Assembly: GCA_049517335.1 (NCBI GenBank)
Contig: JBEKSD010000002.1
Coordinates: forward strand, 1 to 64,000
Length of the DNA stretch: 64,000 nucleotides
From: Candidatus Omnitrophota bacterium
GTDB taxonomy: Bacteria; Omnitrophota; Gorgyraeia; Gygaellales; Profunditerraquicolaceae
Direction of reading: 5' to 3'
Shown here piece by piece: positions 39,049 to 47,644 of the stretch. Numbering within the stretch: position 1 is the first letter of the stretch; each line of letters opens with the position of its first letter. The translations under genes were made by a program, and so were the position numbers. A model generated the notes under the pieces. The model ran no database searches, was not told the DNA's origin, and saw nothing but the letters and a program-made list of their open reading frames with translations.

Positions 39049-39837
39049 ATGTTTATAATCGGCGAACTGATAAACGGAATGTATCAGGATATTGGGTCTG
39101 CGATTAAGAATAAGGATAAGCCCGTAATACAAAAATGCGCGCTTGCTCAGGTTAATGCCGGAGCAGATTGCCTAGATGTAAACTGCGGCCCGGCTTCAAG
39201 ACAGCCGGTATCTGATATGCCTTGGCTTGTTGAAACGATACAGGAAGTAACGGATAAGCCCTTGAGCCTCGATTCCAGCAAACCTCAGATTATTCAGGCC
39301 GGATTAAAAGTTATAAAAAATAAAGTTGTCATCAATTCAACCACTGCGGATCCGGAAAAATTGGAAATTTTAGTGCCGCTTGCCAGACAATACAACGCTA
39401 AGCTGATAGGCCTGACTATAAGCGCAAAAGGGATACCACAGAATAAAGACCAACGCCTTGAGCTGGCGGCTGCGATAGTTGCACATTGTTCGGATGCGGG
39501 CTTTCCTATTGAAGATTTATATCTTGACCCGATAGTTATGCCGGTAAATGTAGCGCAGGCGCAAATAAAGGATATTTTAGAGTCCATCCGCGAATTTAAA
39601 ATTATATCCGAACCCAGCCCCAGGACAATCGTAGGATTAAGTAATGTTTCACAGGGCACGGGGCAGAGGAATCTAATTAATAGGACATTTTTGACAATGG
39701 CAGCCGGTTTTGGCCTGGACGCCGCCATACTTGACCCGTTGGATAATAAACTTATGGACGCCCTGATAACCACAGAGCTAATTCTGAATAAAAACATTTA
39801 TTGCGATTCTTATTTAACCGCCTATAGAAAAAAATGA
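39049..39837 (+). CDS. acsE: Methyl-THF:corrinoid Fe-S protein methyltransferase
   Basis: IIGE.INGM, LDVN.G, INST, DP...P, GLSNVSQ, GLDAAI.DP. Confidence 0.93.
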   Translation: MFIIGELINGMYQDIGSAIKNKDKPVIQKCALAQVNAGADCLDVNCGPASRQPVSDMPWLVETIQEVTDKPLSLDSSKPQIIQAGLKVIKNKVVINSTTADPEKLEILVPLARQYNAKLIGLTISAKGIPQNKDQRLELAAAIVAHCSDAGFPIEDLYLDPIVMPVNVAQAQIKDILESIREFKIISEPSPRTIVGLSNVSQGTGQRNLINRTFLTMAAGFGLDAAILDPLDNKLMDALITTELILNKNIYCDSYLTAYRKK

Positions 39838-40208
39838 AAAAATTTTCTTACGGTTTTTTTGAAAGTTTAAGAGTTGCCTTCAAGGGCATTATTTATCTCT
39901 TCCTTTACCACCGCAATATGCGTATTATATTCATGCTCGGGGCTTGCGCTTTTCTCTTCGGTATTTATTTTAAGCTAGAGGGAATCCAGATGGTAACGCT
40001 TTGCATCACCATAACCTTAGTTTTTATGGCTGAAATTTTTAATACTGCAATTGAGATACTGATGAATATGCTCACTTCAGAATACCACCTGCGCATAAAG
40101 TTGGTTAAAGATATTGCTGCGGGCGTGGTAATATTGGCCTGCTTAAATGCCCTCGCAGTTGGTTATATACTTTTTTACCGTAGTATAATTTATTTGACAA
40201 AAAGCTGA
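39834..40208 (+). CDS. dgkA: Diacylglycerol/undecaprenol kinase family protein
   Basis: AFKGI....RN, E..NTAIE, KDIAAG.V. Confidence 0.88.
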   Translation: MKKFSYGFFESLRVAFKGIIYLFLYHRNMRIIFMLGACAFLFGIYFKLEGIQMVTLCITITLVFMAEIFNTAIEILMNMLTSEYHLRIKLVKDIAAGVVILACLNALAVGYILFYRSIIYLTKS

Positions 40209-40222
40209 CAAAAGGGTATCCT
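40194..40222 (+). promoter_or_regulatory. Putative sigma70 promoter of tRNA-Met
   Basis: TTGACA (40194-40199), 17 nt, TATCCT. Confidence 0.6.
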
Positions 40223-40239
40223 TTAAAAAATAGATTTTT

Positions 40240-40316
40240 GGCGGAGTAGCTCAGCCTGATAGAGCACGCGGCTCATACCCGCTTGGTCGGTGGTTTAAAT
40301 CCACTCTCCGCCACCA
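40240..40316 (+). tRNA. tRNA-Met (CAT), elongator type, CCA encoded; A19/T56 variant
   Basis: GGCGGAG/CTCCGCC acceptor stem with G1-C72 paired, CTCATAC anticodon loop, GGTGG-TTTAAAT-CCACT T arm. Confidence 0.88.
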
Positions 40317-40332
40317 GTTATTTAGCTTCTTC

Positions 40333-40361
40333 TTGACAAACAGGATTTGTAACGGTATACT
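40333..40361 (+). promoter_or_regulatory. Near-consensus sigma70 promoter
   Basis: TTGACA (40333-40338), 17 nt, TATACT (40356-40361). Confidence 0.8.
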
Positions 40362-40385
40362 ATATTTAAACACGAGGAGGAAAAT

Positions 40386-40424
40386 ATGTGCAAAACTTGT
40401 GGATGCAGGAAGAAACCAAAATAA
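40386..40424 (+). CDS. 12-aa Cys-rich micropeptide MCKTCGCRKKPK (HypB-type CxxCGC metal-binding motif)
   Basis: GAGGAGG SD 5 nt before ATG TGC AAA ACT TGT GGA TGC AGG AAG AAA CCA AAA TAA, with its own promoter and a downstream hairpin. Confidence 0.65.
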   Translation: MCKTCGCRKKPK

Positions 40425-40466
40425 CAGTTTTTGACGGTTGATTAAACAGCTAGATACATATTTTCA

Positions 40467-40499
40467 TAAAAGGCAACTCATTCTTTGGGTTGCCTTTTA
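40467..40499 (+). terminator. Putative intrinsic terminator after the micropeptide gene
   Basis: TAAAAGGCAACTCA-TTCTT-TGGGTTGCCTTTTA. Confidence 0.7.
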
Positions 40500-40513
40500 G
40501 CTATCTCAATACA

Positions 40514-41473
40514 ATGCTAAATAAAGTCAAGAATACAATTGAAAAATACGGTTTGATCCGGAAAGGCGACAAAATTCTCGTTGGGGTTTCCGGCGGCCCT
40601 GATTCCGTAGCGTTGTTATATATTTTAAATACCTTAAGGAAAAAAGGCGCATTCCATTTGCACATCGCACACCTTGACCATATGTTAAGAAAAAACTCGA
40701 CTAAAGACGCCGAATTCGTTAAGAAGCTTTCCGTTAACCTTAAAATCCCTTTACGGACTGGGCGCATCAATGTAAAAAAATTAGCAAAAAATCAGTCAAT
40801 TGAAGAGGCCGGCCGCAATGCCCGTCTTGACTTCTTCTTTAAAACTGCCGAGAAAATTAAAGCGGATAAAATTGCCCTTGCGCATAACCTTGAAGATCAG
40901 GCGGAAACCGTCTTAATGCGCATATTGCGGGGGACAGGCCTTTATGGATTGTCCGGAATTTCGGCAAAAAGAAAAATCCGCGGCTATGAGATCATCCGCC
41001 CCCTTATTGAAACGAAAAGGAGCGAAATTGAGTCATATTTAAAAAAAAATCGGATCAAATCGCGGCTTGACCGATCAAACTTTGAAGATATCTATTTTCG
41101 TAACAGAATCAGGAATAAACTGATCCCGCTCTTGGAAAAAAATTACAGCCCGAATATAAAAGAATTACTTGCTAATCTTGCCGTGAATTCCGGCTCGGAT
41201 TACCAGTTCCTTGAACATTTGGCGGCTAAGGCAATAAAGAAAACAACAACAAAATTTAATTTAAAGGCTCTCAGCCAACTTCACATTTCAATGCAGCGGC
41301 TACTTTTCAGAAGAGCGATAGCATGCCTACAGGGTGATACCCGCCGGATCACCTTTAGGCATATAAATGAAATTGAAGATTTGGTTTTAAACCGGCCGAA
41401 AAATTCAATTGTTGACCTGCCTAAAGGTATATCAGTAATAAAGAAAAAATCCCTCGTTTTCTACCGAAGATAA
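40514..41473 (+). CDS. tilS: tRNA(Ile2) lysidine synthetase
   Basis: VSGGPDS, HLDH.LR, E..GR.AR, AH...DQAET, IRPL, RN.IR. ATG at 40514. Confidence 0.95.
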   Translation: MLNKVKNTIEKYGLIRKGDKILVGVSGGPDSVALLYILNTLRKKGAFHLHIAHLDHMLRKNSTKDAEFVKKLSVNLKIPLRTGRINVKKLAKNQSIEEAGRNARLDFFFKTAEKIKADKIALAHNLEDQAETVLMRILRGTGLYGLSGISAKRKIRGYEIIRPLIETKRSEIESYLKKNRIKSRLDRSNFEDIYFRNRIRNKLIPLLEKNYSPNIKELLANLAVNSGSDYQFLEHLAAKAIKKTTTKFNLKALSQLHISMQRLLFRRAIACLQGDTRRITFRHINEIEDLVLNRPKNSIVDLPKGISVIKKKSLVFYRR

Positions 41474-41485
41474 TTTCAATAATAC

Positions 41486-41514
41486 TTGATTTTTAAGTCG
41501 GTTAAAGATATAAT
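41486..41514 (+). promoter_or_regulatory. Putative sigma70 promoter of ftsH
   Basis: TTGATT, 17 nt, TATAAT. Confidence 0.65.
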
Positions 41515-41540
41515 AAAAGTCTAAAAAGGGGAATGTAAAA

Positions 41541-43391
41541 ATGTCAAACCATAATCAGAAGTCCAAGAAAAACAATATACTTAAGCGAATTCCTTTCGGT
41601 TGGATATTCGTTATCATCATTTTTGTGATGTTGATAAATTCCTTTAATATTCCCGTAAACGGAGTGCCGAAGGAAATAAGTTACAGTGAATTTTACCGAA
41701 CCTTAAAAGACAGCCCCGATAGGATTAAGTCTTTGACAAAAACCGAGAGTATCCTGCAGGGCGAATACAACGATAAGTCCAAGTTCTTTGTGAATATTCC
41801 CGATAACGACACTGAGTTGTTAAATTTAATCCGCCAAAATGTGAGAAATTTTGAGGTAAAGCCGGCGCGAACATTCTGGGTTTCGCTCCTTTTTAATGTC
41901 GGTCCAATCTTACTCTTGATATTTTTCTGGTGGATGATGGCTGCCCGGGGAGAACAGCTGGGCAACCGAGTTATGGCTTTTGGGAAAGTCAGACCTAAAG
42001 TTCAGGGAGAAAAAGAAAAGACCACCTTTAATGACGTCGCCGGAGTAGATGAAGCCAAAGAAGAATTAAAAGAAGTAATTGAATTTTTAAAAGACCCTAA
42101 AAAATTCCAGAAATTAGGCGGTAAAATACCCAAAGGCGTCTTATTGGTGGGCCCACCTGGCTGCGGGAAGACTTTAATCGCAAGGGCCGTGGCAGGAGAG
42201 GCGGGTGTGCCGTTTTTCTCCATAAGCGGCTCGGACTTCGTAGAGATGTTTGTGGGAGTCGGCGCCAGCCGCGTGCGCGACCTCTTTGAACAGGGAAGGC
42301 GCGCAGGAAAAGTTTCCGGTAAGGGCGCAATAATTTTTATTGATGAGATTGACGCAGTAGGGCGCCTACGGTTTGCAGGCATCGGCGGAGGTCATGACGA
42401 ACGGGAACAAACATTAAACGCGCTTCTAGTTGAAATGGACGGGTTTGACTCCCAGCAGGGGCTGATTTTAATTGCCGCGACCAACAGACCGGATACTTTG
42501 GACCCCGCGCTTCTTCGTCCGGGCAGGTTTGACAGAAACATCATTGTTAATTTACCTGATATAAGGGGAAGGGAAGAAATTCTGAAAGTCCATACCCGCA
42601 AGATTAAACTTGCCGAGGGAGTGGATCTTAAGTCCATTGCCGCTTCAACCCCCGGCTTTTCCGGTGCAGACCTGGCAAACCTCTGTAATGAGGCGGCCCT
42701 GCTTGCCGCCCGTCACAGTAAAGAAGCGGTGGAAATGATTGAATTTGAGAAATCGGTTGAAAGAGTGCTGATGGGACCTGAAAAAAAGAGCCACATTATG
42801 TCTAAGAAAGAAAAGGAAATAACCGCGCTGCATGAATCGGGACACGCCTTAATGTCCCTTTTATTGCCCGAAGTAAACCCGGTAAAGAAAGTTTCCATAA
42901 TCCCTCGCGGCTTAGCCGGCGGCTACACTTTTACTCCTCCGCTTGAAGACCGGCATTACTGGACTAAACGCGAGCTAATTTCAGAAATTGCCATGATGCT
43001 CGGCGGCAGGGCATCGGAAGAAATTAATTTGAATGATGTTACTACGGGCGCCCAGAATGACTTGGAGATGGCCACCGGTATGGCGCGTAGAATGGTTACC
43101 CAGTTCGGCATGTCCGAAAAATTAGGCCATATTACCCTGGGCCGTAGGGAAGGTCTTGTATTTTTGGGCCGCGATATCATGGAAGAGAAGAATTACAGCG
43201 AGCAAACAGCCCGTATTATAGATGAAGAAGTAAAAAGTATAATAGATGAAGCGTATTTAAAAGCAAAGAGTTTGCTGCAACAGAATTTAGATAAGCTAAA
43301 AATGCTTTCAAGCGCTTTAATAGAAAAAGAGGTTTTAAGCGGAGACGAAGTTAAAAAACTACTTGGTATTGAGAAAGCGGACCTTACCTAA
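41541..43391 (+). CDS. ftsH: ATP-dependent zinc metalloprotease FtsH
   Basis: Two TM helices, [26 protein letters not shown]. Confidence 0.98.
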   Translation: MSNHNQKSKKNNILKRIPFGWIFVIIIFVMLINSFNIPVNGVPKEISYSEFYRTLKDSPDRIKSLTKTESILQGEYNDKSKFFVNIPDNDTELLNLIRQNVRNFEVKPARTFWVSLLFNVGPILLLIFFWWMMAARGEQLGNRVMAFGKVRPKVQGEKEKTTFNDVAGVDEAKEELKEVIEFLKDPKKFQKLGGKIPKGVLLVGPPGCGKTLIARAVAGEAGVPFFSISGSDFVEMFVGVGASRVRDLFEQGRRAGKVSGKGAIIFIDEIDAVGRLRFAGIGGGHDEREQTLNALLVEMDGFDSQQGLILIAATNRPDTLDPALLRPGRFDRNIIVNLPDIRGREEILKVHTRKIKLAEGVDLKSIAASTPGFSGADLANLCNEAALLAARHSKEAVEMIEFEKSVERVLMGPEKKSHIMSKKEKEITALHESGHALMSLLLPEVNPVKKVSIIPRGLAGGYTFTPPLEDRHYWTKRELISEIAMMLGGRASEEINLNDVTTGAQNDLEMATGMARRMVTQFGMSEKLGHITLGRREGLVFLGRDIMEEKNYSEQTARIIDEEVKSIIDEAYLKAKSLLQQNLDKLKMLSSALIEKEVLSGDEVKKLLGIEKADLT

Positions 43392-43400
43392 AAAAAAGTA

Positions 43401-44594
43401 ATGCGCATAATTAAAGGCTGTTCTCCCGAAGCCATAAAACAAGCAATGCATGATATACGGGTTGACCCTTACGGCGTTGATATCATGTGGCCCAAGGCGG
43501 TAAACTATATCGTAAAATTGGATAGGCTTTCAAATATATCCGCCAATATTCTAAAACAGGAGATGCTCTCTTTCGGCGCGGAAGCTGCCTTGGCGCGCGG
43601 CGCGCTTACGGGAAAAACAAAAAATACTGGCTGTCTGTTGATGGGTAACCTCGCCCAGTTCAGGAGGTTAATTGAGAAACTTAAAAGCCAACCGTTTGGT
43701 TTGGAAAAATTGTCGGCTGAGCTGGAGGTTACGCTAAATAATTACCAAAATACCAGTTTTACGGTTAATGCCGGCCGGCACAACCTAAATTTGTCCAGCC
43801 GTGCGTATATTATGGGTATAATTAACGTTACCCCGGATTCATTCAGCGGCGACGGCCTTCTCGGCAGATGCAACAAAGAAGCTATAGTTGAATATGGACA
43901 AAAGCTGGCTGAAGAAGGAGCAGATATACTAGACGTTGGAGGAGAATCAACCAGACCCGGCGCAAAACCCGTTCCTTTAAAAGTTGAACTTGAGAGGGTC
44001 CTGCCTATAATCAAGGCTTTGGCAAAAAAAGTGAAGCTTCCGATTTCAGTTGATACTTATAAGCCGCACGTTGCCGAACAGGCGCTTGACTCAGGTGCTG
44101 CAATATTAAATGACATAAGGGGTTTGCGCGAAGCAAGGATGTTAAAAATCGCCGCTAAATATAAAGCCGCGGTTATAATAATGCATATGAAAGGCACGCC
44201 TTTGACTATGCAGAAGAATACGAAATATATTTCCGTTGTGGATGAAATCATTAAATATCTTTCCGGCGCAATAGAAAAGACGAAGAACGCAGGTATTAAT
44301 AGCGAGAGAATCATAATTGACCCGGGCCTTGGCTTCGGAAAAACCGCAGAGCAGAATCTTGAAATCCTGAAGAATTTAAGCAGCTTTAAAGTTTTAGGCA
44401 GACCGATATTAGCCGGGCCGTCCCGTAAATCATTCATCGGAAAGATTATCAACGCAGATCCTGATAACAGAATTTTCGGTACAGTCTCAGCGGTCTTAAG
44501 CGTGATTAAAAATGGGGCGAAAATCGTAAGGGTGCATGACGTTAAGGCCATCAAACAAGCAATAAAAATTGAGGAAGCGATAGAGAATACATGA
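43401..44594 (+). CDS. folP: Dihydropteroate synthase with a ~130-aa N-terminal extension
   Basis: MGIINVTPDSFS, DVGGESTRPG, SVDT, DPG.GFGK, SRKSF, RVHDV. Confidence 0.95.
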   Translation: MRIIKGCSPEAIKQAMHDIRVDPYGVDIMWPKAVNYIVKLDRLSNISANILKQEMLSFGAEAALARGALTGKTKNTGCLLMGNLAQFRRLIEKLKSQPFGLEKLSAELEVTLNNYQNTSFTVNAGRHNLNLSSRAYIMGIINVTPDSFSGDGLLGRCNKEAIVEYGQKLAEEGADILDVGGESTRPGAKPVPLKVELERVLPIIKALAKKVKLPISVDTYKPHVAEQALDSGAAILNDIRGLREARMLKIAAKYKAAVIIMHMKGTPLTMQKNTKYISVVDEIIKYLSGAIEKTKNAGINSERIIIDPGLGFGKTAEQNLEILKNLSSFKVLGRPILAGPSRKSFIGKIINADPDNRIFGTVSAVLSVIKNGAKIVRVHDVKAIKQAIKIEEAIENT

Positions 44595-45364
44595 ATTTAC
44601 CAAGCGTACTGATTTTTTGGAAACCCGTAATTGAAATAGCGTTACTATGGTTTGTAATTTACCATATTATGCTTTTTTTTGAGGGGACACGGGCACTGCA
44701 AGTCTTACGCGGAATAATCATTCTCCTGCTTGCTTTCCTGCTTTCTCGAATTTTCCAGTTGGATATCCTTGCTTGGCTACTGACTAGATTGTTCGGCATA
44801 TCGGTTATCGCTCTTTTAATTATTTTTCAGCCTGAGATACGGCAGGGGCTTGCCCGGCTGGGCCAGCGTAATCTTTTCTCACAGGGATTAAGGGAAGAAG
44901 ACCTTGATTATATGCTTAAGGAAATCGGCAGGGCTACCGAAAACTTGTTACAGTCGGAATTCGGCGCGCTGATTGCGATAGAAAGAAATGATTCTCTCGC
45001 CGGTTATTTAGAAAGCGGCGTTCTTGTTGAAGCAAAGGTATCCGCGGATTTAATTGAAGCGATATTTACGCCAAATAACCCCCTGCATGACGGGGCGGTT
45101 ATAATTCAGCACGGCCGTATTATGGCTGCCGGCTGCTTTTTTCCGTTAAGTGAAAATCAGGATTTGGACCGTATATACGGCACGCGCCACCGCGCAGCCC
45201 TCGGCTTAAGTGAAGAAACTGATGCTTTGCTAATCATCATTTCCGAAGAAAGAAAAGATATGTCATTAGTTTATAAGGGTAAACTATTTAACGCCATGAG
45301 TAAAGAAGAGATGCTCGCAAAGATAAAAGGAATATTAAAACTTAAATCCGATGAACAAAAATAA
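44591..45364 (+). CDS. cdaA: Diadenylate cyclase CdaA
   Basis: Three TM helices, FQPEIR, GALI, PLHDGA, GTRHRAA. Confidence 0.94.
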   Translation: MNLPSVLIFWKPVIEIALLWFVIYHIMLFFEGTRALQVLRGIIILLLAFLLSRIFQLDILAWLLTRLFGISVIALLIIFQPEIRQGLARLGQRNLFSQGLREEDLDYMLKEIGRATENLLQSEFGALIAIERNDSLAGYLESGVLVEAKVSADLIEAIFTPNNPLHDGAVIIQHGRIMAAGCFFPLSENQDLDRIYGTRHRAALGLSEETDALLIIISEERKDMSLVYKGKLFNAMSKEEMLAKIKGILKLKSDEQK

Positions 45365-45494
45365 AGCATCTATACCCCAAAGGATTACCTGTTTATTTAC
45401 GAAACATCCCTGGTTAAAACTTATTTCGCTTGCGTTGGCTATAATCGTATGGCTCTATGCCCGTGGCGAGATGGCCCGCTTCATAAATTTTTAA
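45351..45494 (+). CDS. 47-aa mini-CdaR-like membrane peptide (TM helix only)
   Basis: Translated by hand: MNKNKASIPQRITCLFTKHPWLKLISLALAIIVWLYARGEMARFINF. The WLKLISL.LAI..WLY pattern matches the CdaR/YbbR TM helix. It overlaps the cdaA stop and ends 1 nt before pdxJ. Confidence 0.75.
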   Translation: MNKNKASIPQRITCLFTKHPWLKLISLALAIIVWLYARGEMARFINF

Positions 45495-45495
45495 C

Positions 45496-46206
45496 ATGCC
45501 TAAATTAGGGGTTAATATTGACCATGTAGCAACCTTAAGGCAGGCAAGAAGGGCTCTTGAACCTCAACCGCTAAAAGCGGCATTAATTTGCGAAAGAGCA
45601 GGTGCGGACAGTATAGTCGTCCATTTGAGAGAAGACCGCAGGCACATTAATGACGGTGACGTCTTAAAGTTAAGAAAATCCATTAAAACAAAACTCAATC
45701 TGGAGATGTCTACTGCGCCTGGAATCGTAGATATTGCCTGCCGCATTAGGCCGGATCAGGCAACCCTGGTTCCTGAAAAAAGACAGGAATTGACCACTGA
45801 AGGCGGATTGGATGTCCTTAAATACCTGAATAAGACAGCCAGGGTAATTAAAAAACTACAAAATAAAGGAATAGAAGTAAGCTTATTTATTGATCCCTGT
45901 AAAGAACAAATTGACGCCGCTAAGATGGCTGGCGCCTCAATGGTTGAGTTGCATACCGGACGGTTCGCAGATGCAAACAATAAAGCCGTTCAGGAAAAAT
46001 ATTTTGAGGAAATACGGGAAGCCGCAAAATATACTTATAAACTCGGCTTGACGGTTAATGCAGGGCACGGCCTAAACTATTCAAACGTTTCCAGAATCGC
46101 AAAAATTAAGGAAATCAGAGAATTAAATATCGGTTATTCAATTATCTGCCGGGCGTTATTTACCGGACTTGATAAAGCAGTAAGAGAGATGAAAGCTCTA
46201 ATATGA
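45496..46206 (+). CDS. pdxJ: Pyridoxine 5'-phosphate synthase
   Basis: LGVNIDHVATLRQAR, HLREDRRHI, LVPE.RQELTTEGG, ELHTG, AGHGL. Confidence 0.97.
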   Translation: MPKLGVNIDHVATLRQARRALEPQPLKAALICERAGADSIVVHLREDRRHINDGDVLKLRKSIKTKLNLEMSTAPGIVDIACRIRPDQATLVPEKRQELTTEGGLDVLKYLNKTARVIKKLQNKGIEVSLFIDPCKEQIDAAKMAGASMVELHTGRFADANNKAVQEKYFEEIREAAKYTYKLGLTVNAGHGLNYSNVSRIAKIKEIRELNIGYSIICRALFTGLDKAVREMKALI

Positions 46207-46562
46207 TTACCGGCACAGGCGTTGACATAACTGAAGTGCGGCGACTTAAACAGGCGGTCCAAAAATGGGGCGACGATTTCCTAAAACGTATTTTTACCGA
46301 ATTGGAATTAAAACACGCAAAAAAACGGGGTAGCAGTATTTATCAGCATTTAGCCGGCAGGTTTGCCGCTAAAGAAGCAGTATTTAAAGCTGCGGGGGAC
46401 AGGAACCTAAACTGGAAAGACGTCCAGATCTTAAACGATAAGGACGGCAAACCGGTTTGCGTCCTTTTGAACGGTAAAGGTAGGAAATTAGACGTAAAGA
46501 TATCTATTTCTCACGTAAAAACCTATGCGGTTGCCAACGCGATTGTTACGCCGAAAAGCTGA
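46203..46562 (+). CDS. acpS: Holo-ACP synthase
   Basis: G.GVDI, LAGRFAAKEA..KA, G.P, ISISH. Confidence 0.95.
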   Translation: MITGTGVDITEVRRLKQAVQKWGDDFLKRIFTELELKHAKKRGSSIYQHLAGRFAAKEAVFKAAGDRNLNWKDVQILNDKDGKPVCVLLNGKGRKLDVKISISHVKTYAVANAIVTPKS

Positions 46563-47403
46563 TTCAAATAAGGGTGATTTCGGGCATATTTTCATATTGG
46601 CAGGCTCAGCCCCCTTTTCCGGAGCCGCGGTTTTGTGCTCGACAAGCGCAATGCGTTCAGGTTCAGGCCTAGTTACTTTAGGAATCCCCAAAGGCATCAA
46701 TAATGCGATTATTAAAATCAAACTTCCTGAAGTAATGACTTTACCACTTGCAGAAACAAAAGAAGGTAATATCAGCGTAAGGGCCTATAAAAAAATAGTT
46801 AATTTTGTAAAAAAAGTCGATGTTGTCGTTATTGGACCCGGCTTAGGCAAAGAAGAATCAACACAGAGTTTAGCGCGTAAACTGATAAAGAAAATAAACA
46901 AACCAATGGTTATTGATGCCGACGGCTTAAATGCTTTGGCCAAACATTTAGAGCTATTACGAGTTACGAATTACCGGTTACCAATTACGAGAATACTTAC
47001 TCCTCATCCGGGTGAAATGTCGCGGCTTTGCGGCAAGAACATCAAAGAAATCCAGGATAAAAGAGAAACGATTTCTAAAAAGTTTGCCGCTGCACATAAG
47101 GTTACCCTTGTTTTAAAAGGCTATAAAACAATCGTTGCGGATTTCAAAAATAAATTGTATATTAACAAAACCGGAAACCCGGGCATGAGCACGGCAGGAT
47201 GCGGGGATGTTTTAACCGGGATTATCGCCTCGTTTTTAGGGCAAAAACTGGATGTTTTTAATGCTGCGAAATACGCAGTTTATATCCACGGGTTAGCCGG
47301 TGATTTAGCAGCGAAGGAAAAAAGTCAACTAAGTTTAACGGCTTCTGATATAATAGATAAACTTCCGGAAGCTATTATGAAAAGCGGTTTATTGCCGGCG
47401 TAG
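46525..47403 (+). CDS. nnrD: ADP-dependent NAD(P)HX dehydratase (stand-alone)
   Basis: NKGDFG, R.GSGLV, IGPGLG, IDADGLN, LTPHPGE, LKG, GNPGM.TAG.GDVL.G. Confidence 0.93.
   Translation: MRLPTRLLRRKADSNKGDFGHIFILAGSAPFSGAAVLCSTSAMRSGSGLVTLGIPKGINNAIIKIKLPEVMTLPLAETKEGNISVRAYKKIVNFVKKVDVVVIGPGLGKEESTQSLARKLIKKINKPMVIDADGLNALAKHLELLRVTNYRLPITRILTPHPGEMSRLCGKNIKEIQDKRETISKKFAAAHKVTLVLKGYKTIVADFKNKLYINKTGNPGMSTAGCGDVLTGIIASFLGQKLDVFNAAKYAVYIHGLAGDLAAKEKSQLSLTASDIIDKLPEAIMKSGLLPA
46957..46991 (+). repeat. Five tandem heptamers (TTACNRR) inside nnrD
   Basis: TTACGAG TTACGAA TTACCGG TTACCAA TTACGAG. Confidence 0.8.
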
Positions 47404-47466
47404 CTCAGTTGGTAGAGCAATTGTTTTGTAAACAATGGGTCGGGGGTTCGATTCCCTTCGCCGGCT
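47394..47466 (+). tRNA. tRNA-Thr (TGT)
   Basis: GCCGGCG/CGCCGGC stem, ATTGT-TTTGTAA-ACAAT, TTCGATT T-loop. Confidence 0.93.
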
Positions 47467-47481
47467 TAATATTGACATTAC

Positions 47482-47564
47482 GGGTAGGTACCCAAGTGGC
47501 CAAAGGGGGCAGACTGTAAATCTGCTGCACTTGTGCTTCAGAGGTTCGAATCCTCTCCTGCCCA
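47482..47564 (+). tRNA. tRNA-Tyr (GTA)
   Basis: GCAGA-CTGTAAA-TCTGC, long variable arm, TTCGAAT. Confidence 0.93.
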
Positions 47565-47644
47565 TTGAAATTTTCCGACAAGGAAAATTTCAATGGCACT
47601 GTGCGAGCGTAGCCGAGCGACAAGCGAGGCAGCGAGAACAGTGC
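47562..47644. repeat. REP-like structured spacer between tRNA-Tyr and tRNA-Gly
   Basis: Perfect 15-bp hairpin CCATTGAAATTTTCC-GACAA-GGAAAATTTCAATGG, then a GCACTGT...ACAGTGC stem containing GAGCG/AGCGA motifs. Confidence 0.6.

Noticed and set aside
40386-40424. Frameshifted hypB pseudogene
   Set aside because: No HypB GTPase sequence follows. A terminator-like hairpin and tilS come within 90 nt.
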